The notes: generated by a model from the letters alone, not told the origin. A stretch of DNA of 64,000 bases from Candidatus Latescibacterota bacterium (GCA_965261395.1 OZ253462.1:4608001-4672000); one strand, 5' to 3'. Positions 50,537-61,141 are shown, numbered from the stretch's first letter. Numbers and translations: made by a program.

Positions 50537-52135
50537 TTACTCTTCCTTGTTTACTTCTTCCAGATCCTGTGTCCATTGCTCCATATGTCTTTTGGCCAAG
50601 TCGCGACCCCCCATGCCGAACGCGATCGCCGCGGCGATGGCTGCCGAACCGAGCATGATGCCGAAGGCGAGGGTGATGATCTCGTTTGCGAGGCCCATCT
50701 CCGTGAGCGCCATAAAAAGAGACAGGGTCACGATCCCAACCCGGACAATAGCGCCGAGGATGTTGCCGTAGGCTCCTCCTTTTCTGGCTACGATGCGACC
50801 GAACACAGACGCGAGGTAAAGCCCGAAACCGAAGATCACCGCACCCAAGACGACCTTGCCAAACAGCAGCGTCAGCTTCACGAGCATGCCTGCCAACTCT
50901 TGGAATCCGAGTTGCGCGGTTGCCTCAATGGCAGAAAACAGGAGCACGGCCACCATCGCGATATATCCCGCCAGTTGCGACGGCGGGCGCTCCAACGCAA
51001 AGGTCGCCTCCGCTGTTGAAGACGGGCGGCCCGCCGCAGAGGTCGCCTCCGCGATGGAAGGCGAGCGCTCCTCAGCAAGGCTCACCTCCGCTATTCCAAG
51101 GCGCTGTAGCAGCGTGTTGAAACCTATTTGCCTTAGCACGTCGTCAACCACGCGGGATACCAATCGAGCCACCAAATAGCCGATGAGGAGGATGCCTGCG
51201 GCGACCAAGATAGATGGCACGGCCGCCAATACTCCCTCTAGCATGGAACTGGCGGGATTGGAGATGGCATTAAAGTTTAGCGATTCGAGTGCGGAGATCA
51301 CTGCGAGGATCAAGATGACCGCATAAGACACCGTCCCGGCAAGCCCCGAAAGGCTTTCGATACCCAGTCCAGTCGCCAGTCCCACGCGACGACCGAAACT
51401 GTTTACCCCGGTGGCGTCGAGGACGTTGGTGACTACCCGCTGGACGATGCGCGCACCGAGCCAGCCGATTAGCATGACGAGGGCGGCCGCAAACAGGTTG
51501 GGCAAGAAACCGACGATTTTGGCCAGCATCTGCTGTAGCGGCTGCAGCAATCCCTGCAATCCCAAGGCATCCAAGACCGCCGGGAGCAGCGCGAGAAACG
51601 TGAGCCAGTACACGAAGTTGCCGACGGTCTGCGGTAGCACACTCTCTGTCGTAGGCTCGATTCCGGCCGGTTCAGCCAACCGCCGCTCGATATTGACCCG
51701 TGAAAGCACGCCCGTTACGACCCGCCGCAGCAGGCTGCCTGCGATCCAAGCAACAAAAAGCAACACAGCGGCGCTCACCAGCTTGGGCAGGTAAACGAAT
51801 ATCTGGTTCAGCATCCCGTTGAGCGGTTCAGTCACTGCCGTCATGCCGAGCATCTGAAAGAAGCCAACGAGTACGAAGGCCATCACCAGATAGAACACCG
51901 CCTTGCTGATCCAGCGTTCGGGGTGGATGTCCGCAGCGGCGTCGCGGCCCATGACCAGCTCGACTAATTTGTCGTCCAGTCGCGTCTTGAGCAGAACCCG
52001 ACGGACGATCAAGGACGTCAGATGCGCCACTAACCATCCGAGCACGAGTACGACGAAAGACACGATGATATGGGTAAAGGGGGAGAAGTATCGCTCCCAC
52101 CATTCCCACTTTTCAAGCAAGTTTGCTAGTTCCAT
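50537..52135 (-). CDS. CmpX-like mechanosensitive-channel TM-helix repeat protein
   Basis: Repeated LP.L..A.......GW..A helices; C-terminal AIAFGMGGRD. Confidence 0.8.
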   Translation of the reverse strand: MELANLLEKWEWWERYFSPFTHIIVSFVVLVLGWLVAHLTSLIVRRVLLKTRLDDKLVELVMGRDAAADIHPERWISKAVFYLVMAFVLVGFFQMLGMTAVTEPLNGMLNQIFVYLPKLVSAAVLLFVAWIAGSLLRRVVTGVLSRVNIERRLAEPAGIEPTTESVLPQTVGNFVYWLTFLALLPAVLDALGLQGLLQPLQQMLAKIVGFLPNLFAAALVMLIGWLGARIVQRVVTNVLDATGVNSFGRRVGLATGLGIESLSGLAGTVSYAVILILAVISALESLNFNAISNPASSMLEGVLAAVPSILVAAGILLIGYLVARLVSRVVDDVLRQIGFNTLLQRLGIAEVSLAEERSPSIAEATSAAGRPSSTAEATFALERPPSQLAGYIAMVAVLLFSAIEATAQLGFQELAGMLVKLTLLFGKVVLGAVIFGFGLYLASVFGRIVARKGGAYGNILGAIVRVGIVTLSLFMALTEMGLANEIITLAFGIMLGSAAIAAAIAFGMGGRDLAKRHMEQWTQDLEEVNKEE

Positions 52136-52199
52136 AGCAATTCCTTTCTCTATGAGGGGTCCCTTTTCGGCCGTCAGTTCGGCCGTCAGGCGAAATAAT

Positions 52200-52215
52200 A
52201 GCAAAGCCTGTGCCG
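52200..52215 (-). promoter_or_regulatory. sigma54 -24/-12 promoter
   Basis: CGGCACAGGCTTTGCT, exact spacing, divergent from a sigma54 regulator. Confidence 0.75.
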
Positions 52216-52313
52216 CTTTTTGGAGTCGCGCCGCGGACTTCACAACTATTCCTTTATATAGCTTTACCTAGGCGCTTAACCCTAGGCCTATAGCTTGACA
52301 ATCAAAATGGCGA

Positions 52314-52349
52314 GGACGACATTCTGTCGTCCCTACCAGTCACTTTGAC
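52314..52349. promoter_or_regulatory. Putative upstream activator palindromes
   Basis: GGACGACA-TTC-TGTCGTCC and GTCA-CTT-TGAC about 100-135 bp upstream of the -24 element. Confidence 0.55.
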
Positions 52350-52370
52350 GTAGCGCGCAATCTACTACCG

Positions 52371-53783
52371 ATGCCGGCATCTTCCAGTCCAGCAGCTTAT
52401 GAGCCTTTGCCAAGCAGAGTGTTGGTTGCCGATAGCAACCCGAAACACTTGGCAATCGCGACCTCAATCCTACGGGAAAGTGGCTATGATGAGATTGTCG
52501 AAGCGACGGATGGCATCGTCGCCGAGCGGCTGCTCAAAACGCAGTCTCTGGATGTGGCGATCATAGATATCAAGATGCCGGGCGGTATGCAGTTGCTGCG
52601 CACAGCCGTCAGACTGACTCCGCCGCTGCCGGTAGTCATCTTCACCTCTTATACAACTGTAAAACAAGCGGTACAGGCCATGCGGCTAGGGGCCGTCGAT
52701 TACGTGATCAAACCGGTCGATGCCAATGACCTGCTGACGGCCGTACATCGCTCCCTCGAACGCAAGCGGATGCTTGCCCCTAGCTCTGCCGAACAGGTGG
52801 AAGCGAGGACGGGATTCGGCGGATTGCTGGGGACCTCTAGTGCGATGCAGGGGGTGTTCGATCAGATTCGCCGTGCGGCACCATTCAAGTCAACGGTTCT
52901 GATCACGGGCGAAAGCGGCACCGGGAAAGAGTTGGTGGCAAGCGCCATTCACGCACTCAGTGCTGCGAGCAATGGGCCGTTCGTTGCCATCAACTGCTCG
53001 GCTCTGCCGGTGGATCTGGCCGAGAGTGAGTTGTTCGGACACGAGAAAGGTTCCTTTACCGGAGCCACGCAGGCCCAGCAGGGGCTTTTTGAAGCAGCCC
53101 ATAACGGGACCCTCTTCCTCGACGAAATCGGGGACTTAGAGCTACAGGTGCAGACGAAATTATTGCGCGTGCTAGAGGAACAGAAAGTCCGACGCTTAGG
53201 GGCTACCCAATTGATCGGAGTCAACGTGCGCGTCGTCGCGGCCTCGAATATGAATCTAACGGCAGCGGTCCGAATGGGGAGATTCCGCGAAGACCTATAC
53301 TACCGCCTCAACGTCATCCACATTTCCGTCCCGCCCCTCAGAGATCGGAAGGCGGATATCCCTCTACTGGTGCGGGTTTTTGCCGAGCGTTTCGCAGAGC
53401 AGAATGGAATCGCTCCCGTCGAAATAGCGGATCGCTATCTCGACCGTATGGCCGAATACGACTGGCCGGGCAATATCAGAGAGCTGAAGAACACGGTCGA
53501 GCGTCTGGCGATCTATGCCGCAGACAGCAACGCGGAAATCGGCGAGCAAGACCTCGCGTCCATTTTGCCAAGTGCTGATAGAAGCGCTCCGCCAGACGAT
53601 TCGGAATCTCAGGGGCCGGGTTTCGCGCCGCAGACGCTGGCCGCAATTGAAAGGGAGATGATTCTGGATACGCTCACGCACACCGGCGGCAACCGCACTC
53701 AAGGTGCCGAAATCCTGGGCATCAGTTTGCGAACACTGCAACGGAAACTCATACAGTACGGCGTCACCCCGCAGAAAATCTGA
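52371..53783 (+). CDS. sigma54-dependent response regulator (NtrC family)
   Basis: Receiver DIKMPG, GESGTGKE, GSFTGA, WPGNIREL, HTH. Confidence 0.92.
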   Translation: MPASSSPAAYEPLPSRVLVADSNPKHLAIATSILRESGYDEIVEATDGIVAERLLKTQSLDVAIIDIKMPGGMQLLRTAVRLTPPLPVVIFTSYTTVKQAVQAMRLGAVDYVIKPVDANDLLTAVHRSLERKRMLAPSSAEQVEARTGFGGLLGTSSAMQGVFDQIRRAAPFKSTVLITGESGTGKELVASAIHALSAASNGPFVAINCSALPVDLAESELFGHEKGSFTGATQAQQGLFEAAHNGTLFLDEIGDLELQVQTKLLRVLEEQKVRRLGATQLIGVNVRVVAASNMNLTAAVRMGRFREDLYYRLNVIHISVPPLRDRKADIPLLVRVFAERFAEQNGIAPVEIADRYLDRMAEYDWPGNIRELKNTVERLAIYAADSNAEIGEQDLASILPSADRSAPPDDSESQGPGFAPQTLAAIEREMILDTLTHTGGNRTQGAEILGISLRTLQRKLIQYGVTPQKI

Positions 53784-53870
53784 GCTACTAAAGCCGACTA
53801 CCCGTCTCGTCTTTTAATACGTCTTTCTGTCGTCCTATACGACAAAATAGCGCTCTACGCTCGTTTGCAC

Positions 53871-55037
53871 TTAGCTCTTTTGCTTGGCCAAACTGCCCAG
53901 CGCCGCGAGCAGTTCGTCGATTTCGGCTTCCAGTAAGAAAAATGCAATGCTGGCGCGCAAGCCTTCGCGCCCGTGCGGCAGCGGCTTGATGACCATGTTC
54001 CACTCTTCTCTCAGGGCTTGGCTCAACTCCTCTCCCTTCCATCCCGCCAGCCCAAAGCTGACCAGCGCCGCAGACCGCTGCGGGGAGCGCGGAGTGTAGA
54101 GCACTGCACCCGGGATCTGCGCCAGCCCTTCCTTCAGCCGCCCAGCCAACGCCACCGTCCGCGCCCAGATCGCCTCCAGCCCAATGACCGACAGATACTC
54201 GACAGCAAAGGCCCAAGCCAGCACCAGCGGCCAGCACCAAGGGCCGTACTGAAAGCGCTCGGCCGTCTCGTGCAGCGCGAAAGTGCCCGCCACCGGGTCC
54301 AACCACTGTTCGGCTCGCCCGCCAGCATAGCGCACCTGCACCGCGTCGAGGGCCTCCTGCCGCACGTAGAGCAACCCCGCCGCATACGGCGCGTACATCC
54401 ACTTATAGGAAAGCAAACCGGCAAAGTCACACCCCAGCGCGTGCAAATCCAAAGGGTGCAACCCCGCCGAATGCGCCAGATCTAAAAAGCTGCGCACCCC
54501 CCGCACCCGCGCTGCCGCGCAAATTCGCTCCACCGGCAGGCGGTATCCCAAATCCGTCGTCACATGGCTCAGGGCCACCAGCTTGGTCCGCTCCCCCAGC
54601 CGCTCCTCCACCGCCTGTACCTGTCCGTCGTCGTCAATCAGCGGCACCTTCACCACCTCGACCCCGTACAGATCCCGCAAGTGCAGGGCCGGCAAAAGCA
54701 GCGCCGCTTCCTCATCCGCGCTGATCACAATCTCGTCCCCAGCCGCCCACTCCATTCCCCGCACCACCGTTTGAAACCCCTCACTGACCCCTCGCATCAA
54801 TGCCAACTCCCCAGCCGCCGCGCCGAAAAACTGCGCCAGCCGCTCCATCGCCGCCTTGCGCCGAGGATACTCCTCCTCTGGATAGACGATGTGCAAAGGC
54901 CCCCGCCGCACGATCTCTTCCGTCCACCGCGTGTACTCAGCGGCCACCGGCACCGGCGTAATACTCACTCCCCCATTTTGGAACCAAGTGTACTGCTCCA
55001 GCGCGGGGAAATCGCGGCGAATCGCTTGGATATCCAT
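53871..55037 (-). CDS. Class V aminotransferase (cysteine desulfurase/epimerase-like PLP enzyme)
   Basis: IRRDFPAL, SHVTTDLG, DLAHSAG, SYKWM. Confidence 0.88.
   Translation of the reverse strand: MDIQAIRRDFPALEQYTWFQNGGVSITPVPVAAEYTRWTEEIVRRGPLHIVYPEEEYPRRKAAMERLAQFFGAAAGELALMRGVSEGFQTVVRGMEWAAGDEIVISADEEAALLLPALHLRDLYGVEVVKVPLIDDDGQVQAVEERLGERTKLVALSHVTTDLGYRLPVERICAAARVRGVRSFLDLAHSAGLHPLDLHALGCDFAGLLSYKWMYAPYAAGLLYVRQEALDAVQVRYAGGRAEQWLDPVAGTFALHETAERFQYGPWCWPLVLAWAFAVEYLSVIGLEAIWARTVALAGRLKEGLAQIPGAVLYTPRSPQRSAALVSFGLAGWKGEELSQALREEWNMVIKPLPHGREGLRASIAFFLLEAEIDELLAALGSLAKQKS
53872..53923. repeat. Direct repeat copy 2 (current 3' end of aminotransferase gene)
   Basis: 47/52 identical to 46470-46521; encodes IDELLAALGSLAKQKS*. 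Confidence 0.85.
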
Positions 55038-55042
55038 GACAT

Positions 55043-56221
55043 TTAATCCGGGGACGCGACGACGCAATAGTCGGCTGCGGCCAGCGCGTACACTTGCGCT
55101 GCTTTCTCCAGCCGATCCACCTCTACCCATTCCACATCCGCGTGCGCCGTCTCGTTTGAGGGGCCGTAGTAAAAGGTCGGCACCCCGGTCCCATGCACGT
55201 ATAAATTGGCATCCCCTACAATCCGCATCCCTATCAACTCTGCCTCTTGACCGGTCACCTGCTCGTGCGCCCGCCCCACCGCTTGCACGGCCGTATCGGC
55301 GGCGGGCGTCTCAAACGGCTCGCGCTCGTGTGCCATCTCGACCCGCAGACTCAACCCCCCAGCCTCGGCCAACGGTTGCGCCAAGGCTTCCAATTCCGCC
55401 AATACCTGCGGCGCGGCGCGCCCGGGTAGCCAGCGCCGAGTTCCCGTCAGAGTACAGCAGAGCGGTGTGCGATTGAAATAGTCACCCCCGGCGACGATCC
55501 CTAGGTCAATTCGCTCGGCACCGGCCAAAGCATGAGCCGGCCCTGCGTCGAGCTCGAGTTGATACTGGTGGATCCGCTCGATGAGCGCGCCCACAAAGCG
55601 GAGTGGATTTTCCGCAAAGGGCACGTACTGGGTGTGCTTGCCGCCAGCGGCCGATTCGAGCGCGATGGTAAAGACCATGGACCCCATGCTCATCACCCAC
55701 AGCGCGTCGCGGCCCTCGACAATCAAGATCCGGTCGCCGCCAATCCGACCGCTGTTGCGATCGGCGATCAGCGTCAGCGGCCCGTCCTTTTGCGCCTCGA
55801 CCTCCTCGTGCCCCACAATCGCCGTCAGCCACAAGTCGCCCTGCAATTCTACCCCGCTTTCCAAGAGCGCCTTGACCGCACCCAACGCCGCGGCCATCCC
55901 CCCCTTCATGTCGGTCGCTCCCCGTCCGTACACGCGGTTGCCTTCGCGGCGGGCGGGCGGGCAAGACCCCACGGGAATGGTGTCGAGATGGCCATTGAGC
56001 ATCAGCGCGGGGCCATCCCCTCGGCCCGCGATGCGCGCATAGAGGTTGTTGCGCCCCGGAGTCACTTCCCGCACATCGACCTCTAAGCCGACCTCGCGCA
56101 TCATGGCCTCATAGGCGCGGCACACTTCGGCTTCGGCCATGGTTACGCTGTAAATATCGACCAATTCCCGGGTCCGCTCGACCACCCATTCTCGGTCGAT
56201 AGCTGCGATTAATTTTTCCAT
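55043..56221 (-). CDS. M20 family metallopeptidase/deacylase (ArgE/DapE-like)
   Basis: NGHLDT, GRGATDMKGG, HEE, AHADVE. Confidence 0.9.
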   Translation of the reverse strand: MEKLIAAIDREWVVERTRELVDIYSVTMAEAEVCRAYEAMMREVGLEVDVREVTPGRNNLYARIAGRGDGPALMLNGHLDTIPVGSCPPARREGNRVYGRGATDMKGGMAAALGAVKALLESGVELQGDLWLTAIVGHEEVEAQKDGPLTLIADRNSGRIGGDRILIVEGRDALWVMSMGSMVFTIALESAAGGKHTQYVPFAENPLRFVGALIERIHQYQLELDAGPAHALAGAERIDLGIVAGGDYFNRTPLCCTLTGTRRWLPGRAAPQVLAELEALAQPLAEAGGLSLRVEMAHEREPFETPAADTAVQAVGRAHEQVTGQEAELIGMRIVGDANLYVHGTGVPTFYYGPSNETAHADVEWVEVDRLEKAAQVYALAAADYCVVASPD

Positions 56222-56365
56222 TTGCGTTGATCCATCCTCTCTCGCGTGTTCTCGTCTAGCTGGGATGCCTCGCTTGCACCGCCAATAGGAGGAGCCTTCT
56301 TTAAGCGATAGTATCATAGTAAACAATCAACCGCTTGGGCACCCTGAATACGCAACTAAATCGCC

Positions 56366-59300
56366 ATGACGACCAAAATGACGACAGCGGTTGAAACCTA
56401 TCTCGCCGACCTGCAACGAGTCCGCGCCTCGGGTGGCGCGACTGGCGAGCGGTCGAGCTATGGACCGCTCGCCAACCTGCTGAATGCCATCGGCGCAACG
56501 CTCAAACCCAAGGTGTTTTGCGTTGGCGAGTTGGCCGATCAGGGAGCGGGACATCCCGACTTTGGACTTTATGCAGCAAAGCAGGTGCAGAAGGGGCAAC
56601 CGAAACAGGGGCAGGTGCCCGAAGGCGGCGTGGTTGAAGTGAAGGCGGCTGACGATGACGCTTGGCTGACCGCGGCGGGCGATCAGGTGAGCCGCTATTG
56701 GGACCGCTATCGGCTGGTGCTGGTGACCAATACGCGCGACTTCGTGCTGGTTGGAGAGGATGCGGCGGGGCGACCGGCCAAGCTCGAAACGTTTCGGCTG
56801 GCGACAAGCGCGGCGGAGTTCGCGCAACGGTTGGAGAGTCCGCGTGCTTTTGCTAGCGAGGTCGGCACGGGTTTAGGGGAATATCTGTGCCGAGCGTTGT
56901 CGCATCGGGCGCGGCTGGTGGAGCCGAAGGACTTGGCTTGGCTGTTGGCGTCTCATGCTCGAGATGCGCTGGCGCGAGTTGAGGCCGCGGGCGATGCGCC
57001 GTCGTTGGCAGCGGTGCGGGCGGCACTGGAAGAGGCGCTGGGCGTCCGCTTTGAGGGCGAACGAGGGGCGCGGTTTTTCCGTTCTACGCTGGTGCAGACG
57101 CTGTTCTACGGGGTGTTTTCCGCTTGGGTGCTGTGGGCGCGGCAAACACCGCTGCCCACGAGAGCGTTCAATTGGCGTGAAGCGGTTTGGCATTTGCGGG
57201 CACCCGTCATGCAGGCGCTGTTCCAGCAACTATCGCAGCCTGACCGGCTGCAACCGCTCGGCCTCGTCGAAGTGTTGGATTGGACATCTGCTGCGCTCGA
57301 CCGGGTGGATTGCGACGCCTTCTTTGACCGCTTCAACGAGGGTGAGGCCGTAACCTATTTCTACGAGCCGTTCCTCGAAGCCTTTGATCCCGATCTACGC
57401 AAGCAGTTGGGCGTCTGGTACACGCCAGCCGAAGTGGTCCGCTACATGGTCGCCCGCGTCGATAAGGCGCTCCGGGACGATCTCGGCATTGCCGACGGGC
57501 TGGCCGCGGAAAACGTCTATGTGCTCGATCCTTGCTGCGGCACTGGGGCGTATCTGGCGGAGGTGCTGCGCCGGATTGCTGCCAATCTGGAAAATCAAGG
57601 CTTGGGTGCGCTTACTGGCGCACGGGTCAAGCAGGCGGCGACCGAGCGCGTATTCGGCTTTGAGATTATGCCTGCGCCTTTTGTCGTCGCCCATTTGCAA
57701 GTTGGGTTGACCATGCAGGCGCTCGACGCGGCGCTGGCCGATGACGGGAAGGAACGCGCCCAAGTGTTCCTCACCAATGCGCTGACCGGCTGGGAGCCGC
57801 ACCCGACCAAGCCGCTGCCGTTCCCCGAACTGGAGGAGGAACGCGACCGTGCCGAGCGGGTGAAGCAGGAGACGCCGATTCTGGTGATCTTGGGAAATCC
57901 ACCCTATAACGGCTTTGCTGGCATGGCGGTGGACGAGGAACGCGAGCTGTCGGAAGCCTACCGCATGACCAAGCGGGTGCGCCGACCTGAAGGCCAAGGA
58001 CTGAACGATCTCTATGTTCGCTTTTTTCGCATGGCGGAACGGCGCATTGCGAGGACGGGCCAAGGCGTGGTGTGCTTCATTTCCAACTATTCCTGGCTCG
58101 ACGGGCTGTCGTTTACGGGAATGCGGGAGCGCTATCTGGAGACGTTCGATGCGATACGGATTGACTGCTTGAATGGCGACAAATACAAGACCGGCAAAAT
58201 TGCGCCGGACGGTTCGCCGGACCCGAGTATCTTTTCGTCGCCGGACGATCCAGTCGGCATTCAAGTTGGGACGGCGATTGCAACGCTGGTGCGCAAACTC
58301 GATCATGCGCCAACTGGAGAGGTCGGCTTTCGGCATCTGTGGGGACAGGGCAAGCGCGAGGAACTGATTGAGACGGAGGAGGCGGAACCGGGAAAGCTAT
58401 ACGAAAGCGTTGAGCCGATCCTGCCGCTTGGTTTGCCGTTTGCACAAACGGCGGTGGGGAAGGATTGGTTCGACTGGCCGGCGCTGCCCGATCTGATTCC
58501 TCGGTTTTTTGCCGGAGTCGTCGCGGGACGAGACGGCTTCCTCATAGATACCGACATTGACCGACTGCGCCGGCGACTCGCCGACTACTTCGATGCGGAT
58601 TTGAACCATGAAGAAATCGCACGGCGGTATCCGCGCGTCATGGAGACTACGGGTCGATTCAATGCTCGTTCGGCACGGGATGCGCTGCTCAAACGAGGAG
58701 GTCCTGTCGAAGCTGGATTCGTGCGCCACGCCTACCGCCCATTCGATAACCGATGGATGTACTGGGAGGCAGAAACGAAGCTTGTAGACGAGAAGCGGGC
58801 CGACTATCGGCCACATGTATTCAAGGGCAATCTGTGGCTGGTTGCTCAGAAAAAGTCATCGCAAGAATGGTGGCCGGCTCCAGTCATTTCTCACATGAGC
58901 AATAAGAAACTGCTGGATTTTGCTGCATCTTGTTTCCCAATGTGGCTTCGGGATGACGGCCTCGGAACTGACATCAACGGAATACAACGCCGTCCCAATT
59001 TGTCCGGTGCCGCGCAACGCTATCTCCGCCGTCTCGGCGCGGATGTAGAGGACCTCTTCCACCACGTCCTCGCCACCCTCCACGATCCCGCTTACCGCGA
59101 AGCCAATGTCGGGGCGCTCCGCATGGAATGGCCGCGCATCCCGCTGCCGGGCTGGCCCAATGGCGAAGCTGACGGCGCAGCAGAGACGCTCGCTGCATCA
59201 GCGGCGCGGGGCCGCGAACTGGCCCGCCTACTCGACCCCGAAGCACCAGTACCGGGCGTTACCCAAGGCACGTTGCATCCAGAAATCGCCGCCCTCGCCG

Positions 59301-59698
59301 TGCCCGCCACCACCGACGGCCGCAACATGACCGGCGACGATTTCGCACTCACCGCCGGATGGGGCCACTACGGAACGGGCGACGCCGTAATGCCGGGCCA
59401 AGGCCGCATCGTCGAACGCGAATACACGCCAGATGAACGCGCCGCGCTGGGAGAGACAATACCCGCGCTGGGCGAAAAGACGCTGGACGTGTATCTGAAC
59501 GACCGTGCCTACTGGCGCAACGTCCCCGCCGCAATTTGGGACTACAAACTCGGCGGCTACCAAGTCCTTAAAAAATGGCTATCCTACCGCGAGCACGATG
59601 TTTTGGGGCGGGCGCTGACGCCGGAGGAAGTGCTGTACTTTGCGGAGATGACGCGGAGGATTGGGGCGATATTGCAGGTAACTTCTATAACTGCTTAA
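56366..59698 (+). CDS. Single-chain restriction-modification enzyme (N6-adenine MTase + type ISP-like specificity domain)
   Basis: N-terminal PD...EVK, YYTP-like WYTP, LDPCCGTG, GNPPY, YRPFD, YKLGGYQVLKKWL. Confidence 0.88.
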   Translation: MTTKMTTAVETYLADLQRVRASGGATGERSSYGPLANLLNAIGATLKPKVFCVGELADQGAGHPDFGLYAAKQVQKGQPKQGQVPEGGVVEVKAADDDAWLTAAGDQVSRYWDRYRLVLVTNTRDFVLVGEDAAGRPAKLETFRLATSAAEFAQRLESPRAFASEVGTGLGEYLCRALSHRARLVEPKDLAWLLASHARDALARVEAAGDAPSLAAVRAALEEALGVRFEGERGARFFRSTLVQTLFYGVFSAWVLWARQTPLPTRAFNWREAVWHLRAPVMQALFQQLSQPDRLQPLGLVEVLDWTSAALDRVDCDAFFDRFNEGEAVTYFYEPFLEAFDPDLRKQLGVWYTPAEVVRYMVARVDKALRDDLGIADGLAAENVYVLDPCCGTGAYLAEVLRRIAANLENQGLGALTGARVKQAATERVFGFEIMPAPFVVAHLQVGLTMQALDAALADDGKERAQVFLTNALTGWEPHPTKPLPFPELEEERDRAERVKQETPILVILGNPPYNGFAGMAVDEERELSEAYRMTKRVRRPEGQGLNDLYVRFFRMAERRIARTGQGVVCFISNYSWLDGLSFTGMRERYLETFDAIRIDCLNGDKYKTGKIAPDGSPDPSIFSSPDDPVGIQVGTAIATLVRKLDHAPTGEVGFRHLWGQGKREELIETEEAEPGKLYESVEPILPLGLPFAQTAVGKDWFDWPALPDLIPRFFAGVVAGRDGFLIDTDIDRLRRRLADYFDADLNHEEIARRYPRVMETTGRFNARSARDALLKRGGPVEAGFVRHAYRPFDNRWMYWEAETKLVDEKRADYRPHVFKGNLWLVAQKKSSQEWWPAPVISHMSNKKLLDFAASCFPMWLRDDGLGTDINGIQRRPNLSGAAQRYLRRLGADVEDLFHHVLATLHDPAYREANVGALRMEWPRIPLPGWPNGEADGAAETLAASAARGRELARLLDPEAPVPGVTQGTLHPEIAALAVPATTDGRNMTGDDFALTAGWGHYGTGDAVMPGQGRIVEREYTPDERAALGETIPALGEKTLDVYLNDRAYWRNVPAAIWDYKLGGYQVLKKWLSYREHDVLGRALTPEEVLYFAEMTRRIGAILQVTSITA

Positions 59699-59800
59699 GG
59701 CCGAGCCGTTGGTACGCGAAGAGACGATTCGGACGATGCACAAAGGGGGCGGACGCGACGGCTGCCTCCGTTGAGCTTGTCGGGAGTGGTGATAAGGCTC

Positions 59801-60340
59801 TCACTTCGATGTTTGGGATAGAGTGGAGTCGTTGAGCTTCCGTATAAGGTGATTAGCTAGGACAAGCATTTCTAAAGCGACCTCTGATTGATCGTCAAGC
59901 TCATGGTCATGGGCTCGGGGGTTTCTAATTCCGGTCATTGTTCCAGCAAACATTTCCATGTAGCCACGCTGCTCGCTTTTTTCTGTATCTGAGATAAATT
60001 TGTTCAGCTTGAGGACGGGAGAATTAGCGCTAAAGGCTACCCGCATCAAATCAGCTCCGTCCCTTTCGGTCAGTCCAGACTTTTTCTTGACGGCGTTATT
60101 CAGATACTTGAACGCTTCTTCAACAGCGCGTGCGTAGTGGCCATCGGCAAACAGCTTTCTGCTCACACCACGAAGCTCCTGAATAGGCACTGCCTCGTCG
60201 AATCGGTCAAGCAGTGAACGTCCGGCACCGGCGCTTTGGTCAGGCTTTGGACGAGACCAACCCAGCCCAGCTTCGTCCACCTCTCGTTGAATCTTGTCGG
60301 CTATTTCGAGCCAGTGGTTATAACTGTGAATCCTCGCCAA
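59801..60340 (-). CDS. TIGR02391-family protein
   Basis: GHYARAVEEAFK, DGADLM..AFS, IRNPRAH. Confidence 0.8.
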   Translation of the reverse strand: MARIHSYNHWLEIADKIQREVDEAGLGWSRPKPDQSAGAGRSLLDRFDEAVPIQELRGVSRKLFADGHYARAVEEAFKYLNNAVKKKSGLTERDGADLMRVAFSANSPVLKLNKFISDTEKSEQRGYMEMFAGTMTGIRNPRAHDHELDDQSEVALEMLVLANHLIRKLNDSTLSQTSK

Positions 60341-60343
60341 TCC

Positions 60344-61141
60344 TTAGTTACTCTCGCGCCCGTAAAGATGCCGGGCCATGCTTGCGAAGATTTGATCAAT
60401 CTGTTCGGAACTGGCCGTTGAGTCGATATGAATTTGAATATCGACGTGCAACTCCGGTAAATTCGGCCTCAGAGTTTCCTTCCTATTGTCCTCGGCAGGT
60501 GTAACTGGGGCATCAGGCAAATCCGTGTCGTGCGGTTTCGGAGAGCCCTCGGCAGCACTCGTTGACTTTTCCGGCTTTTCCTCAAGTACTTGCTCAATGG
60601 TTCTGACATAGTCATTACCGGAGATGTCATGTATGAGGCCAAGAAACCGAAGGTTCGCAGTGAATATCTCAGCGGCCTTACTACGATCAGAATCGTCAAC
60701 TCCTACATTTACAAGTTCGTCCCCCAGTACCTCGTCGGTAGGAATACGTTGGTCCTTCAGCTTCTCATAGAGATTGTTGAAAGGCTCAATTTGTCCTATC
60801 GCGAGTTGGAACTGCATTTCAATAGCTTCGCGAGGAGATTCCTCCACGGACAAAGCCATTCGACCTTTGTCCGTGATTGATAGGGACGAGGCAGTGTAGC
60901 TCCCCGAAGTCAGCCTATACTTCGACGAACTAGTGACTAGTTCCCGACCTGAACTGCTGGTAGGCGACCGTCCAAGTTTCCCGAATAGTGTTAGACGCCG
61001 TATTTCACCACTAACACCGTGCTCCATAATCGCCTTAGGCAACACGAGTGATTGTTCAAAATTCATCAAGGGAAAGGGTCTTGAGTGGCGGCGGCGTTTT
61101 GGCCGTCCCTCCTCGTGTTCGGCGTTACTATGCTGTGTCAC
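60344..61141 (-). CDS. Hypothetical protein (winged-helix-like), coupled to TIGR02391 gene
   Basis: 265 aa, RBS GGAG, 3 bp from next gene; C-terminal LHVDIQIHI. Confidence 0.65.
   Translation of the reverse strand: MTQHSNAEHEEGRPKRRRHSRPFPLMNFEQSLVLPKAIMEHGVSGEIRRLTLFGKLGRSPTSSSGRELVTSSSKYRLTSGSYTASSLSITDKGRMALSVEESPREAIEMQFQLAIGQIEPFNNLYEKLKDQRIPTDEVLGDELVNVGVDDSDRSKAAEIFTANLRFLGLIHDISGNDYVRTIEQVLEEKPEKSTSAAEGSPKPHDTDLPDAPVTPAEDNRKETLRPNLPELHVDIQIHIDSTASSEQIDQIFASMARHLYGRESN

Larger units (their letters stand above)
46522..53923. mobile_element. Genomic island integrated in the 3' end of an aminotransferase gene; no integrase seen
   Basis: Bounded by 52-bp imperfect direct repeat; interrupts an operon. 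Confidence 0.7.
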
